DNA of 64,000 nucleotides, from contig JBNRSN020000030.1 of NCBI GenBank assembly GCA_051313645.2, positions 33,170,001 through 33,234,000 on the forward strand, read 5' to 3'. Numbering within the stretch: position 1 is the first letter of the stretch; the number at the start of each line of letters is the position of its first letter. Shown piece after piece: positions 62,691-64,000 of this stretch. The translations under genes and the position numbers were made by a program. Below the pieces are notes generated by a model, which was not told the origin of the DNA, ran no database searches, and saw only the letters and a list, made by a program, of their open reading frames with translations. Source of the DNA: Centroscyllium fabricii (Eukaryota).

Positions 62691-63030
62691 TATGAGATTA
62701 TTTTATATTAGTGTCTTAAATCTGAGAAAAGCAAACTACGTAGTTATGGGATGCTAGTTGACTACAATAGATTGGAAAACGAGATAAAACGATATGATGT
62801 TAGAATAGCAAACATTTAATTTAAAAATTCGTAATTCGCCACATTTTCGTAAGGAATAAAAACACTACGGGGATAAATGTTAAAACTGTGGCTAAGAATA
62901 AACGTTGATTATACAATTACGTTCAAGTTTGAGGCTTCTACTGTGGCCAAAATGTGTAGTCAGCCTCAGGAACCCAGATGTGGTGTAACCAGTGCTTAGA
63001 ATGGCTTTGCAAAACCTTCCTCGCATTTAT

Positions 63031-63308
63031 AAGAACATAAGAACATAAGAAATAGAAGCAGGAGTAGGCCAATCGACCCCTCGAGCCTGCTCCGCCATTC
63101 AACAAGATCATGGCTGATCTGATCCTAACCTCAATTTTATTTTTACTCTCCACCCCGCCCAGACCAATGTGCTCACCTGGGAGAGGTGAAAAATCAGATT
63201 TTTTAAAAAAACAGTAGCCAATTTTGGAGAAAAAAAAAATCGGGAAAATTCCTCTCCGACCCATCTAGGCGATCGAAAACTGGTCCAGGAGATCACATGG
63301 CCGATCTG
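63031..63308 (-). mobile_element. Non-autonomous retroposon with a HER1-type tail and a non-HE1 body
   Basis: The (AAGAACAT)n/HER1 tail is joined to an unrelated GGGTCGGAGAGGAATTTTCCC-containing segment. Confidence 0.6.
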
Positions 63309-64000
63309 AATGAGCCGGCATTCCATTTCTGAAGGGTAACACCCTATTAAGCGTCCTCATTATTTTTTGTATATTACCACTACAATTTAGTTCATGTTTG
63401 CATAGCCCCCGGGGTTCTATGGTCCACCACGTTTACTGACTTTTCATCACTTCAATAATTATCGGTTATATGTTTTATGTACAAATAGAGATAATATCAC
63501 CCTAACAATAATAAGCACAAAAGTGTAATATGATTTCATGAAATGTCCCTCTGTATATCTGGTGTATGCATGTTATTTCTAACGTGTATTTATGAATTCT
63601 GTGACTGTGATGTCGTGTGTGTGTCCGTTATGACTATACCAGCTATTCCTGGATAGGGGCACCTGTGTGCGTTCTTTATTAAATCATGTAATGGTAACAG
63701 TCTGTTAGTTTTCTCGATATATATGTTGCACTTCTAAATTTAAATGTTTGTGCGCCTTTCTGTTATTTGTCTATTTACTTATACATGTGTTTTGTTATGA
63801 GTGTATTCGTGAAATGTTCTGTTCATTCTAACTATAATTGTCTGCAGGTCAGCCATGAGCTAATGACGTAGTTTAGGAGGACGAAGGGTTGAATGGCCTC
63901 CTCCATTTCCTTCCTTCATATCTGCGTTCCTAAAGTGAATTTATGCGTCTCATGCCTCAAATATATAAAGTTGTTCTCAGTGCTGCTGTACAGGATAAAT

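Larger units (their letters stand above)
57078..62918 (-). repeat. Segmental duplication, copy 2 (inverted relative to 28490-30812), expanded by later insertions
   Basis: Collinear with copy 1 once the solo LTR, MITE A with its Rex1, and MITE C are removed. Confidence 0.88.

Overview
Repeat-dominated vertebrate DNA, very probably from a shark or ray, judged by the HE1-type V-SINEs, HER1/CR1 LINEs and a shark-type Penelope 3' end. Family names are recognised from recall; no database search was run. The window has a ~15.3 kb interstitial satellite of 55/56-bp monomers (about 4290-19550) with higher-order structure and two SINE insertions. There is one intact two-exon class A GPCR gene of the GPR139-like type (33215-34762, +, 329 aa) and a decayed paralogous pseudogene (about 49580-50304, +). 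An old inverted segmental duplication links 28490-30812 with 57078-62918. The rest is deeply nested CR1/HER1, Rex1, Vingi, Ty3/Gypsy (including a self-priming sushi-type element and its solo LTR), SINE and Harbinger-like MITE insertions. The most interesting leads are the divergent GPR139-like receptor family showing birth-and-death turnover, and a satellite whose monomer reads as a heptamer-23 bp-nonamer RSS mimic. Most TE boundaries were read by eye and are approximate to within tens of bp.
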